A stretch of DNA of 64,000 bases from a plasmid, in the sequence record NZ_CP011600.1; one strand, given 5' to 3'. A program made the translations under genes and the position numbers. A model generated the notes under the pieces. It worked only from the letters and a program-made list of their open reading frames with translations, made no database searches and was not told the origin of the DNA. Positions 12,142 through 24,402 of this stretch are shown here, piece after piece; the first letter of the stretch is position 1, and every line of letters begins with the position of its first letter.

Positions 12142-12582
12142 ATGAAAAAAGTGGTTCTAATGGCCCTGGCTCTCGGCCTGTCACTGCCTGCAATGGCGAG
12201 TGAAAAAGTCATTGATATGTACAAATCTGAAAACTGTGGCTGTTGTTCCCTGTGGGGCAAGGCGATGGAAAAAGACGGGTTCGAAGTGCGAACTCACGTC
12301 ATGAATGATCAGGCGCTGTCAGCCCTGAAAGAAAAGCATGCTGTTCCTGCTGGACTACGAAGTTGTCATACCGCGGTTGTAGGTAATTTGATCATTGAAG
12401 GCCATGTGCCTGCGGCAACGATACATAAGGCCATGCAGTCTGGTTCGGGTATATACGGTCTCGCCACCCCCGGTATGCCAGCAGGAAGTCCGGGAATGGA
12501 GATGGGGGCCCGAAAAGAGGCTTACGATGTTATCGCATTCTCACCGGAGGGCAGTAAAAAAGTCTTCCAGCGAATCGAATAG
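12142..12582 (+). CDS. silG: DUF411/CopG-like periplasmic protein (ORF105 / silG)
   Basis: Signal peptide and a CxCC motif, located between silA and silP as in described sil operons. Confidence 0.7.
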   Translation: MKKVVLMALALGLSLPAMASEKVIDMYKSENCGCCSLWGKAMEKDGFEVRTHVMNDQALSALKEKHAVPAGLRSCHTAVVGNLIIEGHVPAATIHKAMQSGSGIYGLATPGMPAGSPGMEMGARKEAYDVIAFSPEGSKKVFQRIE

Positions 12583-12709
12583 TCAGCGGAACGGCTGATA
12601 ACGGGACGCCGGCAGCAGGCACTCTTATGCCGGCGGCATTCGTGGTAATCGCATCCATGACATATCCTGAAGACAGAAAATGCTTCAGATATGCATAAGG
12701 AGAGTTACT

Positions 12710-15151
12710 GTGAAAAATGACAATGCAGTGGAACATAACAACCAGACTGCTTCTGAGCAGACATCATCCCCGGACGAGAGTCACGCATTGCATAAGGTGA
12801 GAGATCCCGTGTGCGGGATGGTCATCCTGCCTGACAAGGCGCACAGCAGCATTCGATACCAGGACCATCAGCTTTATTTCTGCTCCGCCAGCTGTGAGAG
12901 CAAATTTAAAGCCCATCCCGATCATTATTTTACCGAAGATGCCAGTGAACATCACCATCACCACGACCACCATGAAGTCAGCCCTGATAAGATAAAACAG
13001 TCTCACCGCCAGGCGGAGAAAGAGATTTCTGAAGGTGTGTGGACATGTCCGATGCATCCGGAGATACGCCGTAGTGGTCCCGGAAGCTGTCCTGTCTGTG
13101 GAATGGCACTGGAGCCGCTCGTAGCTACGGCATCCACGGGGACGAGTGATGAACTTCGCGACATGACAAGACGCTTCTGGCTGGGGTTGTTGCTGGCGTT
13201 TCCGGTTCTGATACTCGAAATGGGTTCTCATCTGTTTCCCGCTTTGAGGAATACAGTACCGCCACAGTACAACACATGGCTGCAGTTACTTCTGGCCTCT
13301 CCTGTCGTTTTGTGGTGTGGCTGGCCATTCTTCGCCCGGGCCGGAATGTCGTTACGTAACCGCTCCCTGAATATGTTTACCCTTGTTGCAATGGGGACCG
13401 GCGTAGCCTGGGTTTACAGCGTCATTGCAACCGTCTTCCCCTCCTGGTTTCCTGCATCGTTCAGAAACATGGATGGCCTGGTGGCCATTTATTTTGAAGC
13501 CGCAGCTGTTATTACGGTGCTTGTTCTGCTGGGACAGGTCCTTGAATTGCGGGCAAGGGAACAAACCTCAGGTGCCATTACTGCGCTTCTTAACCTTGCC
13601 CCCAAAACCGCCAGGCGGCTGGATCAAGACGGTCATGAAACGGATATTAATGCGGAAGATGTCCTGCCTGGCGATAAGCTCCGCATCAGACCTGGAGAGA
13701 GTATTCCGGTCGACGGTATCGTGGTCGAAGGCAAAACAACCGTTGATGAATCGATGGTGACCGGGGAATCTATGCCTGTTACCAAAACGGAGGGTGACCC
13801 TGTCATCGGGGGGACCATTAATCAGACAGGTAGTCTTATCATCCGTGCAGAGAAAGTCGGTGATGAAACGATGCTCTCACGAATTGTTCAGATGGTCGCT
13901 GATGCACAGCGTTCGCGGGCCCCCATCCAGAGAATGGCTGACAGCGTTTCAGGCTGGTTTGTTCCTCTGGTGATACTTATCGCGGTTGTTGCTTTCATGA
14001 TCTGGTCTGTCTGGGGGCCCGAGCCCAGGATGGCGCACGGTCTCATTGCGGCTGTGTCGGTCCTGATTATTGCCTGTCCCTGCGCGCTGGGGCTGGCCAC
14101 GCCGATGTCGATAATGGTGGGGGTGGGCAAAGGAGCCCAGGCCGGGGTGTTAATCAGGAATGCCGAAGCCCTTGAGCGTCTTGAAAAAGTGGACACGCTG
14201 GTTGTCGACAAAACAGGCACGCTCACGGAAGGTTCGCCGACGGTGACAGGGATTATCAGTCTCAATCCGGGTGGGGAAGCATCTCTTTTACGTGTAGCGG
14301 CCGCAGTGGAAAAAGGCTCGCAGCATCCGCTGGGTATGGCTGTAGTCCGGGCAGCCCAGCACAGGGGGATCATGATACCCGCAGTCAGTGATTTCAATGC
14401 TCCGTCGGGGAAAGGTGTTTCAGGCGATGTTGAAGGTCAACGGGTTGTTATTGGTAATGAACTGGCTATGCAGGAAAACAGTATCGTTATTGATAATCAA
14501 AAGGCCGTTGCGGATACGTTGCGGATGGAAGGCGCTACCGTTATCTATGTGGCCACAGATGGGTACCTTGCAGGCCTGATAGCTATCTCGGATCCCGTGA
14601 AAGCAACCACGCCGGATGCGCTTAAAGCTTTGCGTCAGGCGGGGATCCGCATTGTTATGCTCACCGGGGATAACCAGCTTACTGCTGAAGCAGTCGCACG
14701 GAAACTGGGAATAGATGAGGTTGAAGCCGGGGTTCTGCCTGACGGCAAAAAAGCAGTGATAACCCGACTGAAAGCGTCTGGTCATGTGGTTGCGATGGCG
14801 GGGGACGGTGTAAATGATGCCCCGGCGCTGGCAGCGGCTGACGTGGGCATAGCCATGGGAACGGGTACAGATGTGGCAATTGAAAGTGCCGGAGTCACCC
14901 TTCTCAAAGGCGACCTGATGATACTGAACAGGGCCCGTCATCTGTCAGAGATCACCATGAAAAATATCCGACAGAATCTGTTTTTTGCATTTATCTACAA
15001 CGCACTTGGCGTGCCTGTGGCTGCAGGTCTGCTTTATCCTGTGTATGGAATACTGCTGTCGCCAGTTATTGCGGCGGCGGCCATGGCTCTTTCCTCCGTC
15101 AGCGTCATTGTGAATGCGTTGCGTCTGAAAAGTGTCAGGCTCGGGAAATAA
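12710..15151 (+). CDS. silP: Ag(I)/Cu(I) P1B-type ATPase SilP
   Basis: Probable GTG start at 12710. His-rich N-terminus ([10 protein letters not shown]), CPC transmembrane motif, DKTGT phosphorylation site and GDGVNDAP hinge. Confidence 0.9.
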   Translation: MKNDNAVEHNNQTASEQTSSPDESHALHKVRDPVCGMVILPDKAHSSIRYQDHQLYFCSASCESKFKAHPDHYFTEDASEHHHHHDHHEVSPDKIKQSHRQAEKEISEGVWTCPMHPEIRRSGPGSCPVCGMALEPLVATASTGTSDELRDMTRRFWLGLLLAFPVLILEMGSHLFPALRNTVPPQYNTWLQLLLASPVVLWCGWPFFARAGMSLRNRSLNMFTLVAMGTGVAWVYSVIATVFPSWFPASFRNMDGLVAIYFEAAAVITVLVLLGQVLELRAREQTSGAITALLNLAPKTARRLDQDGHETDINAEDVLPGDKLRIRPGESIPVDGIVVEGKTTVDESMVTGESMPVTKTEGDPVIGGTINQTGSLIIRAEKVGDETMLSRIVQMVADAQRSRAPIQRMADSVSGWFVPLVILIAVVAFMIWSVWGPEPRMAHGLIAAVSVLIIACPCALGLATPMSIMVGVGKGAQAGVLIRNAEALERLEKVDTLVVDKTGTLTEGSPTVTGIISLNPGGEASLLRVAAAVEKGSQHPLGMAVVRAAQHRGIMIPAVSDFNAPSGKGVSGDVEGQRVVIGNELAMQENSIVIDNQKAVADTLRMEGATVIYVATDGYLAGLIAISDPVKATTPDALKALRQAGIRIVMLTGDNQLTAEAVARKLGIDEVEAGVLPDGKKAVITRLKASGHVVAMAGDGVNDAPALAAADVGIAMGTGTDVAIESAGVTLLKGDLMILNRARHLSEITMKNIRQNLFFAFIYNALGVPVAAGLLYPVYGILLSPVIAAAAMALSSVSVIVNALRLKSVRLGK

Positions 15152-15191
15152 CACTGAGTGAAGGGTCAGTTACGAACAGAAGGAGTCCAGT

Positions 15192-15449
15192 ATGAAAAGT
15201 ACCACCTATGCGCTTATTGCTGTCGCCGCGATCGCGGCATTTGCCCTCCTGCGCGAACACTGGTCACATGTGGCAGGTTACTGGCCATATCTGTTATTGC
15301 TGGTCTGCCCGCTAATGCATCTTTTCCACGGCCACGGAGGGCATGGAGATCAGATCATCAACATCACGGAAGTGAAAACGATAAAAAAAATTAATCCGGC
15401 AGACGGGGCCGCGTCGCGGTCCCGTTATCAGTCCAGGTATCGTTCGTAG
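15192..15449 (+). CDS. Small hydrophobic His-rich membrane protein (DUF2933-like)
   Basis: One or two transmembrane helices followed by HLFHGHGGHGD. It lies downstream of silP, and its 3' end overlaps the convergent pcoG. Confidence 0.4.
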   Translation: MKSTTYALIAVAAIAAFALLREHWSHVAGYWPYLLLLVCPLMHLFHGHGGHGDQIINITEVKTIKKINPADGAASRSRYQSRYRS

Positions 15450-16165
15450 TCTCTGACATGCGCAAAGGCATGCTGTTCGAGTTTGTTATCAGCGGGTGCC
15501 GCTGCCCGGAACGCCAGAGAGTTAACAGGGTTGTTATTGATGACCAGCTCGTAATGCAGATGAGGACCGGATGAACGTCCGCTGTTACCGGATAACGCAA
15601 TAGCACCTCCCCGTGTAACCCTGGCCCCTTTAGTAACGAGTATTTTATTGAGGTGGAGATAGCGAGTTTTAACACCGGCTTTTCCCGTTACTTCAACAAA
15701 ATATCCCATGGTACTGTTGTATTCGGCCCGGGTGATTTTTCCGTCGATGACGCTGACTATTTTCGTGTTCATGGGCATGGAATAATCAATGCCATTATGG
15801 GGACTCACTTTTCCCGATACCGGGTTAAGTCTTGCAGGATTGAAAGGCGAACTGAGTCTTGCTGTGGCCGGTAACGGATAATCGAGACTGCCTTTCCCGG
15901 AAGTATCGGAAAGGTTATAGAACTTTTTATCTGATATACGATACGCCGTGTAATTAAATGAACCGGACGTAAATTTATAGGCCACGACACGTGATTTTCC
16001 CGCTTTCTTTTGCAGTACGAGTTTTAATGATTCATTTTTTTTCAAATGCCGCAGATTAAACCGGGAAGGCAAGGAGCGCTGAAGAGTAGCGATCTCGTTC
16101 GATTCCAGCCCCGAGCGGGTGGCTGAAAGGTAGGCATTTTCTTTTACGACATCGGTAGAATACAT
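15428..16165 (-). CDS. pcoG: M23 family metallopeptidase (pcoG-like)
   Basis: M23 catalytic motifs (HNGIDY ... GNSGRSSGPHLHYE). It occupies the position between silP and pcoA seen in sil-pco islands. Confidence 0.75.
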   Translation of the reverse strand: MYSTDVVKENAYLSATRSGLESNEIATLQRSLPSRFNLRHLKKNESLKLVLQKKAGKSRVVAYKFTSGSFNYTAYRISDKKFYNLSDTSGKGSLDYPLPATARLSSPFNPARLNPVSGKVSPHNGIDYSMPMNTKIVSVIDGKITRAEYNSTMGYFVEVTGKAGVKTRYLHLNKILVTKGARVTRGGAIALSGNSGRSSGPHLHYELVINNNPVNSLAFRAAAPADNKLEQHAFAHVRDYERYLD

Positions 16166-16453
16166 TTACTGGAATTCGCCGTTAGCATGAACACTGCGGC
16201 GTATGCTAGGGGTTTTCAGGAGGCGTGTCATCTGTCAGTTAATCGGGAGCACCGTTGATGGTCGTCATTTTTGTAACATATCTTGTTTCCCGTTTGCTCC
16301 TGAAGCTCTGGGAACTGTATGACCAGCCCGACGGTGATGATTAACGGGACTGAAACAGGTTACGGCAGAGCAATATGGGGCTCATGTCCTGCTACGTAAC
16401 CCGTCAGTAAAGCCCTGCTGCGCACCTGACGCTAAGCACTAACCCGCCTGCAG

Positions 16454-16741
16454 TTACCTGGTCGAATACAGCCCGCGAAGCTTTCTTGCCTGCGTCTGAT
16501 GTGCTTCCGCACCGGCATTATTGACCTGCTCATGCACGAGAGCGGCTTTTTCTCCGGCATTCAGTTCGTTAAAAGAAGAAGACGAGGTCTTTGAATTTGC
16601 ATCACTGCCGGACAGCATTTTTTTATGTTCCTCAATCATTTTCTGATGCGCATAGGACGCGCTGTTGTTCATAAATGAATGAGCAACAATGGCCCTTTCA
16701 TGTTCATTCATTTCAGAGAATGAGGGCGTGTTGTTTTTATT
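16454..16741 (-). pseudogene. pcoE-like gene (pcoE1), C-terminal part, separated from its 5' part by IS66-family insertion
   Basis: Encodes NEHERAIVAH...HQKM repeats of the SilE/PcoE family but lacks an N-terminus. It abuts the IS left end at 16742. Confidence 0.7.
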
Positions 16742-16822
16742 GTAAGCGTCGTCTCAGCACCGTCTGGCAGATCCTGATATTCCTGAGAGGATAGTGGACA
16801 CCAAATATGGTGGACGCTATCC

Positions 16823-17227
16823 ATGAAATCATTAACCGCAGTGCGTAAAAAAAGCCCTAATTATCCCGTTGAGTTCAAAATCAAAATGGTTGAACTCTCG
16901 CATCGACCAGAGATCTCCGTAGCGCAACTCGCTCGTGAGCATGGGATCAACGATAATTTGCTGTTCAAGTGGCGCCAGTACTGGCGCGAAGGAAAACTAC
17001 GTCCTCCTTCAACAACAGAAAACAACGTGCCTGAGCTGCTCCCGATAACACTTGATACCGAAGATGTTGTCCCTGCAACCTCCCCCCGGTCACAACCTGT
17101 AGCTGCTGCGGCACCTGAATCACTCAATATCAGCTGTGAAGTGACGTTCCGGCACGGATCACTCCGTCTGAATGGTGCCATCAGCGAAAATATCCTGAAC
17201 CTGCTGATACGGGAGCTCAAACGTTGA
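16823..17227 (+). CDS. tnpA: IS66-family accessory protein TnpA (orf1)
   Basis: 134 aa with a helix-turn-helix N-terminus. First gene of the IS66 triplet. Confidence 0.8.
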   Translation: MKSLTAVRKKSPNYPVEFKIKMVELSHRPEISVAQLAREHGINDNLLFKWRQYWREGKLRPPSTTENNVPELLPITLDTEDVVPATSPRSQPVAAAAPESLNISCEVTFRHGSLRLNGAISENILNLLIRELKR

Positions 17228-17571
17228 TCCCATTACCATCAGGGACAAAGATCTGGCTGGTCGCTGGCATCACCGATATGAGAAACGGCTTCAACGGCCT
17301 GGCGGCAAAGGTGCAGACGACGCTGAAAGACGATCCGATGTCAGGTCACGTTTTTATCTTCCGTGGGCGTAATGGCAGTCAGGTAAAGCTCCTCTGGTCT
17401 ACCGGCGATGGACTGTGTCTGCTGACCAAACGGCTGGAGCGCGGCCGCTTCGCCTGGCCGTCAGCCCGGGATGGCAAAGTGTTCCTCACACCGGCACAGC
17501 TGGCGATGCTCCTTGAAGGTATCGACTGGCGGCAGCCTAAAAGACTGCTTACGTCACTGACTATGTTGTAG
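17224..17571 (+). CDS. tnpB: IS66-family Orf2/TnpB
   Basis: 115 aa with the conserved IS66 Orf2 signature (LLWSTGDGLCLLTKRLERGRFAWP). Overlaps tnpA by 4 bp. Confidence 0.85.
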   Translation: MIPLPSGTKIWLVAGITDMRNGFNGLAAKVQTTLKDDPMSGHVFIFRGRNGSQVKLLWSTGDGLCLLTKRLERGRFAWPSARDGKVFLTPAQLAMLLEGIDWRQPKRLLTSLTML

Positions 17572-17619
17572 GCCTCTTTATCCTGGTCGACGCTGAATGA
17601 GCCTGGTAATATACCCGGT

Positions 17620-19158
17620 ATGAACAGCTTACTTCCTGACGATATCGATGAACTGAAACGTCTCCTTGCCGAACAGGAGGCGCTGAACCGTGCCCTTCTG
17701 GAAAAGCTGAACGAGCGTGAACGCGAAATAGATCACCTGCAGGCGCAACTGGATAAGCTGCGCCGGATGAACTTCGGCAGCCGCTCCGAAAAAGTCTCCC
17801 GCCGTATCGCGCAGATGGAAGCCGACCTTAAGCAGTTGCAGAAAGAAAGCGATACCCTTACCGGCCGGGTGGATGACCCGGCCGTGCAGCGCCCGCTGCG
17901 GCAGACCCGTACCCGCAAACCGTTCCCTGAATCACTTCCCCGTGACGAAAAACGGCTGCTGCCGGCAGCGTCATGCTGCCCGGAATGTGGTGGCGCGCTG
18001 AGTTACCTGGGTGAAGATGCCGCCGAACAGCTGGAGCTGATGCGCAGCGCCTTCCGGGTTATCCGGACAGTACGTGAAAAGCATGCCTGTACTCAGTGCG
18101 ATGCCATCGTGCAGGCCCCCGCGCCTTCACGTCCCATCGAGCGGGGTATCGCCGGACCGGGGCTGCTGGCCCGCGTGCTGAGTTCAAAGTATGCAGAACA
18201 TACCCCGCTGTACCGGCAGTCAGAAATATACAGCCGCCAGGGTGTGGAGCTGAGCCGCTCACTGCTGTCGGGCTGGGTGGATGCATGCTGCCGGCTGCTG
18301 TCACCGCTGGAAGAGGCGCTTCAGGGCTATGTCCTGACCGACGGTAAACTCCATGCCGATGACACCCCGGTCCAGGTGCTGCTGCCGGGCAATAAGAAGA
18401 CGAAGACCGGGCGGTTGTGGACGTATGTTCGTGATGACCGCAACGCTGGATCAGCAGTCGCGCCGGCGGTGTGGTTCGCTTACAGCCCGGACAGAAAAGG
18501 CATCCACCCTCAGACCCATCTTGCAGGGTTCAGTGGTGTGCTGCAGGCCGATGCGTACGCCGGGTTCAACGAGCTGTACCGCGATGGCCAGATAACGGAA
18601 GCCGCCTGCTGGGCTCACGCCCGCCGTAAAATCCACGATGTGCACGTCCGCACACCGTCGGCGCTGACGGATGAAGCCCTGAAGCGTATCGGCGAGCTGT
18701 ATGCCGTTGAAGCGGAGATAAGGGGAATGCCGGCGAAGCGACGCCTTGCAGAACGTCAGCAAAAAGCTAAACCGCGGCTGAAATCCCTGGAAAGCTGGCT
18801 GCGTGAAAAGGTGAAAACGCTGTCGCGACACTCAGAACTGGCGAAAGCGTTCACGTACGTACTGAACCAGTGGCCGGCGCTGGCTTACTATACTGACGAC
18901 GGCTGGGCCGAGGCAGATAACAACATAGCTGAGAATGCGCTACGGATGGTCAGCCTGGGCCGCAAAAACTACCTGTTCTTCGGTTCGGATCATGGAGGAG
19001 AGCGGGGAGCGCTGCTGTACAGCCTGATCGGGACATGCAAACTGAACGGAGTGGAGCCAGAAAGCTACCTCCGTCACGTCCTTAACGTCATAGCGGACTG
19101 GCCGATAAACCGGGTCAGCGAACTACTCCCCTGGCGCGTAGCACTGCCAACTGAATAA
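17620..19158 (+). CDS. tnpC: IS66-family transposase TnpC
   Basis: 512 aa with a leucine-zipper N-terminus, a CxxC zinc-finger (CCPECGG...CTQC) and a DDE core. Confidence 0.9.
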   Translation: MNSLLPDDIDELKRLLAEQEALNRALLEKLNEREREIDHLQAQLDKLRRMNFGSRSEKVSRRIAQMEADLKQLQKESDTLTGRVDDPAVQRPLRQTRTRKPFPESLPRDEKRLLPAASCCPECGGALSYLGEDAAEQLELMRSAFRVIRTVREKHACTQCDAIVQAPAPSRPIERGIAGPGLLARVLSSKYAEHTPLYRQSEIYSRQGVELSRSLLSGWVDACCRLLSPLEEALQGYVLTDGKLHADDTPVQVLLPGNKKTKTGRLWTYVRDDRNAGSAVAPAVWFAYSPDRKGIHPQTHLAGFSGVLQADAYAGFNELYRDGQITEAACWAHARRKIHDVHVRTPSALTDEALKRIGELYAVEAEIRGMPAKRRLAERQQKAKPRLKSLESWLREKVKTLSRHSELAKAFTYVLNQWPALAYYTDDGWAEADNNIAENALRMVSLGRKNYLFFGSDHGGERGALLYSLIGTCKLNGVEPESYLRHVLNVIADWPINRVSELLPWRVALPTE

Positions 19159-19195
19159 CACATCCCCGTCAATACGGTTCTCGCTGCACGCTTAC

Positions 19196-19365
19196 TTTTT
19201 ATTAACCCTGTCCGGTAAGTTTTCATGCGTCGAGGAATTCACATGACTGACGGCTGAGGCATTATTAACAAATCGATGTGCTTCATGGGCAATATCACTG
19301 GACTGAGCAAAAGCTGCCCCACAAAATAAAGCTGTAAACGCAGTGGTCGTGATTAATATATTCAT
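19196..19365 (-). pseudogene. pcoE1, N-terminal fragment
   Basis: Minus-strand ATG at 19365 encodes a signal peptide plus SSDIAHEAHRFVNNA. It continues directly into the fragment at 16454-16741 once the IS and one copy of the target duplication are removed. Confidence 0.6.
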
Positions 19366-19466
19366 GTGTAATTACCTTCTGAGGTACATAAAAGATGTCC
19401 TTATGATCATATATAAAAATAATCAACCTGTGGGGAAGATGACGTAAATGTAATACAGCTATGTAC

Positions 19467-19482
19467 ATTACACGATTGTAAT
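19467..19482. promoter_or_regulatory. Copper-box-like palindrome ATTACACGATTGTAAT in the divergent pcoE1/pcoA promoter region
   Basis: 16-bp inverted repeat with copper-box geometry, about 110 bp upstream of pcoA. Confidence 0.45.
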
Positions 19483-19593
19483 GAATTTGTTTCTTAAGGT
19501 GTGCTAGATTCATTTCATTGTAAGTGGATGAACCAGTAATTTAATTTAAATCGGTTCTCGAATTCTGTCAGTAACCATACTTTAAATAAGGGA

Positions 19594-21417
19594 ATGCGCA
19601 TGCTGTTGAAAACGTCTCGACGAACTTTCCTGAAGGGGTTAACCCTCTCTGGCGTAGCCGGAAGTCTTGGCGTATGGAGTTTCAATGCGCGTTCCAGTCT
19701 GAGCCTGCCAGTTGCCGCATCCCTGCAGGGTACTCAGTTTGACCTGACCATTGGTGAAACGGCCGTCAATATCACGGGCAGTGAGCGTCAGGCCAAAACA
19801 ATCAATGGAGGCCTGCCGGGGCCCGTTCTTCGCTGGAAAGAAGGTGACACCATTACCCTGAAGGTCAAAAACCGTCTTAATGAACAGACGTCCATTCACT
19901 GGCACGGCATTATTCTTCCGGCCAATATGGATGGTGTTCCGGGGCTGAGTTTTATGGGCATAGAGCCTGATGATACCTACGTTTACACCTTTAAGGTTAA
20001 GCAGAACGGGACTTACTGGTACCACAGCCATTCCGGTCTGCAGGAACAGGAGGGGGTATACGGTGCCATTATCATCGATGCCAGGGAGCCAGAACCGTTT
20101 GCTTACGATCGTGAGCATGTGGTCATGTTGTCTGACTGGACCGATGAAAATCCTCACAGCCTGCTGAAAAAATTAAAAAAACAGTCGGATTACTACAATT
20201 TCAATAAACCAACCGTTGGCTCTTTTTTCCGCGACGTGAATACCAGGGGGCTGTCAGCCACCATTGCCGATCGGAAAATGTGGGCTGAAATGAAAATGAA
20301 TCCGACTGACCTCGCGGATGTCAGTGGCTACACCTACACCTATCTCATGAACGGGCAGGCCCCGCTGAAAAACTGGACCGGACTGTTCCGTCCCGGTGAA
20401 AAGATACGCTTACGGTTTATCAACGGCTCGGCAATGACCTATTTCGATATCCGTATCCCCGGGCTGAAAATGACGGTCGTGGCTGCAGATGGCCAGTATG
20501 TAAACCCGGTTACCGTTGACGAATTCAGGATTGCCGTTGCCGAAACCTATGATGTCATTGTGGAGCCTCAGGGTGAGGCCTATACCATCTTCGCACAATC
20601 CATGGACAGGACCGGTTACGCTCGAGGGACACTGGCCACGAGAGAGGGGTTAAGTGCTGCCGTTCCCCCCCTCGATCCCCGTCCTCTGTTGACCATGGAA
20701 GATATGGGTATGGGGGGAATGGGACATGATATGGCAGGAATGGACCACAGCCAGATGGGAGGCATGGATAACAGCGGAGAGATGATGTCTATGGACGGTG
20801 CTGACCTTCCGGATAGCGGGACATCCTCCGCGCCCATGGATCACAGCAGCATGGCCGGTATGGATCATTCCCGGATGGCCGGAATGCCGGGTATGCAAAG
20901 TCATCCTGCGTCAGAAACGGATAACCCACTGGTTGATATGCAGGCGATGAGCGTCTCTCCGAAATTAAATGATCCGGGTATTGGTCTTCGAAATAACGGA
21001 AGAAAGGTTCTCACGTACGCGGATTTGAAAAGCCGCTTTGAGGATCCTGACGGACGTGAACCTGGCCGTACCATAGAACTGCATTTAACCGGCCACATGG
21101 AAAAGTTTGCCTGGTCATTTAACGGAATCAAGTTTTCAGATGCCGCACCGGTGCTGCTGAAATACGGTGAGCGGCTCAGGATCACGCTGATCAACGATAC
21201 CATGATGACTCACCCCATTCACCTGCATGGTATGTGGAGCGATCTGGAAGATGAAAACGGTAATTTCATGGTTCGTAAACACACAATAGATGTTCCCCCT
21301 GGTACAAAACGCAGTTACAGAGTGACAGCAGATGCGCTTGGCCGCTGGGCGTATCACTGCCATTTGCTCTATCACATGGAAATGGGAATGTTTCGTGAAG
21401 TCCGGGTGGAGGAATGA
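19594..21417 (+). CDS. pcoA: Multicopper oxidase PcoA (Tat-secreted)
   Basis: Twin-arginine signal (SRRTFLKG), copper-ligand motifs HWHG / HSH / HCHLLYH and a methionine-rich insert. Confidence 0.95.
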   Translation: MRMLLKTSRRTFLKGLTLSGVAGSLGVWSFNARSSLSLPVAASLQGTQFDLTIGETAVNITGSERQAKTINGGLPGPVLRWKEGDTITLKVKNRLNEQTSIHWHGIILPANMDGVPGLSFMGIEPDDTYVYTFKVKQNGTYWYHSHSGLQEQEGVYGAIIIDAREPEPFAYDREHVVMLSDWTDENPHSLLKKLKKQSDYYNFNKPTVGSFFRDVNTRGLSATIADRKMWAEMKMNPTDLADVSGYTYTYLMNGQAPLKNWTGLFRPGEKIRLRFINGSAMTYFDIRIPGLKMTVVAADGQYVNPVTVDEFRIAVAETYDVIVEPQGEAYTIFAQSMDRTGYARGTLATREGLSAAVPPLDPRPLLTMEDMGMGGMGHDMAGMDHSQMGGMDNSGEMMSMDGADLPDSGTSSAPMDHSSMAGMDHSRMAGMPGMQSHPASETDNPLVDMQAMSVSPKLNDPGIGLRNNGRKVLTYADLKSRFEDPDGREPGRTIELHLTGHMEKFAWSFNGIKFSDAAPVLLKYGERLRITLINDTMMTHPIHLHGMWSDLEDENGNFMVRKHTIDVPPGTKRSYRVTADALGRWAYHCHLLYHMEMGMFREVRVEE

Positions 21418-22313
21418 TGCGAATGAAGAGAAATTTGAAGGCCATACCTGTTCTGGTCGCCGGTTTCTTTACCTCACAGCTTTCTATTGCGGCGGGCTCC
21501 GTCTCTGCAGATCCCCACGCCGGGCACGACATGTCTGCCATGCAGATGCCAGCAGATGAGAATTTCACTGAGATGACGTCAATGGAGCCCATTGTAACTG
21601 AGAGCAGAACGCCAATTCCGCCTGTTACCGATGCCGACCGGAAGGCTGCATTCGGCAATTTACAGGGGCATGCGATTCACGACAGTGCGATTAATTATCT
21701 GGTTCTGCTGGATCAACTGGAATGGCAACGGTCGGATAACACCAACAATTTCAGCTGGAGTGTTAACAGCTGGATTGGAGGCGACACAGATCGGATTTGG
21801 CTAAAGAGTGAAGGTGAACGAAGCAATGGGGAAACGGAGGCGGCTGAAGCGCAGTTACTCTGGGGACATGCGGTTGGCCCATGGTGGGATTTGGTTGCGG
21901 GTGTCAGGCAGGATTTCAGACCTGCTTCTGCCCGGACCTGGGCTGCTGTCGGTTTTCAGGGGCTGGCACTCTATAATTTTGAGTCTGAAATTACGGGTTT
22001 TGTCAGTAATGGCGGAAAAGCAGCCCTTCGTCTGGGAGGAGAATACGACGTTTTACTGACTAACCGGCTCATACTCCAGCCATCCTATGAGGTGAATTTC
22101 TACAGTCAGGATGATGAATCGCGGGGTCGCGGCAGGGGACTGACTGACACAGAGCTGGGGCTCCGGCTGCGCTATGAAATACGCCGTGAGTTTGCACCCT
22201 ATATAGGCGTTTCCTGGAATCAACTTTACGGGAAAACATCCGATATGGCGAAAAGAGAAGGTGAGAAAGACCATCAGGTAGTATTCCTGGCGGGAGCCAG
22301 AATCTGGTTTTAA
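21414..22313 (+). CDS. pcoB: Outer-membrane copper resistance protein PcoB
   Basis: 299 aa with a signal peptide and beta-barrel character. Start overlaps the pcoA stop. Confidence 0.9.
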   Translation: MMRMKRNLKAIPVLVAGFFTSQLSIAAGSVSADPHAGHDMSAMQMPADENFTEMTSMEPIVTESRTPIPPVTDADRKAAFGNLQGHAIHDSAINYLVLLDQLEWQRSDNTNNFSWSVNSWIGGDTDRIWLKSEGERSNGETEAAEAQLLWGHAVGPWWDLVAGVRQDFRPASARTWAAVGFQGLALYNFESEITGFVSNGGKAALRLGGEYDVLLTNRLILQPSYEVNFYSQDDESRGRGRGLTDTELGLRLRYEIRREFAPYIGVSWNQLYGKTSDMAKREGEKDHQVVFLAGARIWF

Positions 22314-22352
22314 CGCACTGATATAAAACACTCAACTAAACAGGTAAATAAA

Positions 22353-22733
22353 ATGTCGATTTTAAATAAAGCCATTCTTACAGGTGGCCTCGTTATGGGC
22401 GTTGCTTTCTCTGCTATGGCCCATCCGGAATTAAAAAGCTCTGTGCCACAGGCTGATTCAGCCGTAGCGGCCCCGGAAAAGATTCAGCTTAATTTCTCGG
22501 AAAATCTGACCGTGAAATTCTCAGGTGCAAAATTAACGATGACGGGTATGAAAGGCATGTCATCACATTCTCCGATGCCGGTCGCGGCAAAAGTGGCGCC
22601 AGGCGCTGACCCTAAATCGATGGTCATTATTCCGCGAGAGCCTTTACCCGCTGGCACTTATCGTGTTGACTGGCGCGCGGTTTCTTCAGATACGCACCCT
22701 ATTACCGGTAATTACACCTTTACAGTGAAGTAA
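22353..22733 (+). CDS. pcoC: Periplasmic copper chaperone PcoC (CopC family)
   Basis: 126 aa with a signal peptide and a Met-rich loop ([13 protein letters not shown]). Confidence 0.9.
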
Positions 22734-22737
22734 TATT

Positions 22738-23667
22738 ATGAACGACCTGATTATGATTGTTATTCGTTTTCTTCTTTATCTGGATTTGATGGTAATATTT
22801 GGATTGCCATTTTTTCAGATATATGGAATAAGCGGTGTCAGACATGAAACCTATAACCTGACTAATTTCAGGTCGTTTATAACCTTTGCTGTTGTTACAG
22901 GCATCATTCTTACTGGCATTAATATGCTCCTGGTATCTAATGCCATGAGTGGAGTAACTGACCTCAGAGAATTATCCATCCATGTTATCGAGATGGTGAT
23001 AGAAGAAACTGATGTGGGTATTAGCTGGATTGTCAGGCTCTGTGCCCTGTTTACCACACTCGGTGCTTTGTTCCTTTACACTAATAAGAGAGTATTGTCC
23101 TGCCTGCTGATGACGATGAGTGGGGGCGTGGCGCTGGCTACACTTGCCTGGGGAGGACACGCCGTTATGCATGACGGTCTGCATTACTATCTCCATTTAC
23201 TGAGCGATCTGACCCATCTCGGCGCTGCAGGTGCCTGGACAGGTGCTCTGGTTGCATTTGCTATCCTGCTGATGCGCAGAAACGAGCATAATGCACAGAG
23301 CGTCATTGTGATATCTGACTCCCTGGCAAAATTTGCCACGGCAGGAACGGTGATTGTTGTAGCCCTGATCCTGAGTGCGCTGGTCAACTATCTGTATATT
23401 GCTGAGGGTAACTTAACTCCCTTATTCAACAGTTCCTGGGGGAGGATATTGCTTGCCAAGACGGCTCTGTTTGTTCTGATGCTTCTTCTGGCTGCAGCAA
23501 ACCGGTTTCACCTGGGTCCCCGGCTTGAAGTTATGGTCAGGGAAGGGAATTATGATCGCAGCGTTGCCCTGATGCGAAACAGCATCCTGACAGAATTCGT
23601 TGTTGCGATTATCATTTTGGGCGCCGTAGCGTGGCTCGGAATGCTTGCTCCGTCTCAGGTCAGCTAG
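22738..23667 (+). CDS. pcoD: Inner-membrane copper transport protein PcoD (CopD family)
   Basis: 309 aa with eight predicted transmembrane helices. Confidence 0.9.
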
Positions 23668-23715
23668 GGGACAGCCAAAGCTCATGCGTGAGATTTTTAC
23701 TTTCATATCAGCGAG

Positions 23716-24402
23716 TTGACCATGCAGCGTATTTTAATCGTTGAAGACGAACAAAAAACAGGTCGTTACCTGCAGCAGGGACTGGTTGAGGAAGGCTATC
23801 AGGCCGATCTCTTTAATAATGGCCGCGATGGTCTCGGGGCCGCGTCGAAGGGACAGTATGATTTGATAATACTGGACGTGATGCTTCCTTTCCTCGACGG
23901 GTGGCAAATCATCAGCGCACTGAGGGAGTCCGGGCACGAAGAACCGGTCCTGTTTTTAACCGCAAAGGACAACGTGCGGGACAAAGTGAAAGGACTGGAG
24001 CTTGGCGCAGATGACTACCTGATTAAGCCCTTTGATTTTACGGAGCTGGTTGCACGTGTAAGAACCCTACTGCGCCGGGCACGCTCGCAGGCCGCAACAG
24101 TCTGCACCATCGCCGATATGACCGTTGATATGGTGCGCCGGACCGTGATCCGTTCGGGGAAGAAGATCCATCTCACCGGTAAAGAATACGTTCTGCTTGA
24201 GTTGCTGCTGCAACGCACCGGAGAAGTGTTACCCAGGAGTCTTATCTCGTCCCTGGTCTGGAACATGAATTTTGACAGTGATACGAATGTGATTGATGTC
24301 GCCGTGAGACGTCTGAGAAGTAAAATTGATGATGACTTTGAGCCAAAACTGATCCATACCGTTCGCGGTGCCGGATATGTCCTGGAGATCAGAGAAGAGT
24401 GA
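23716..24402 (+). CDS. pcoR: Response regulator PcoR
   Basis: OmpR-family protein, paralogous to the SilR ORF in this window. Confidence 0.9.
   Translation: MTMQRILIVEDEQKTGRYLQQGLVEEGYQADLFNNGRDGLGAASKGQYDLIILDVMLPFLDGWQIISALRESGHEEPVLFLTAKDNVRDKVKGLELGADDYLIKPFDFTELVARVRTLLRRARSQAATVCTIADMTVDMVRRTVIRSGKKIHLTGKEYVLLELLLQRTGEVLPRSLISSLVWNMNFDSDTNVIDVAVRRLRSKIDDDFEPKLIHTVRGAGYVLEIREE

Larger units (their letters stand above)
16742..19195 (+). mobile_element. IS66-family insertion sequence (2454 bp) flanked by 8-bp direct repeats TTTTTATT
   Basis: Ends GTAAGCGTCGTC... and ...GCACGCTTAC. The identical 8-mer at 16734-16741 and 19196-19203 marks a target duplication. Carries the tnpA-tnpB-tnpC trio. 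Confidence 0.85.

Noticed and set aside
18059-18831. ORFs on both strands inside IS66 tnpC
   Set aside because: Embedded in the well-supported 512-aa transposase gene and GC-rich.
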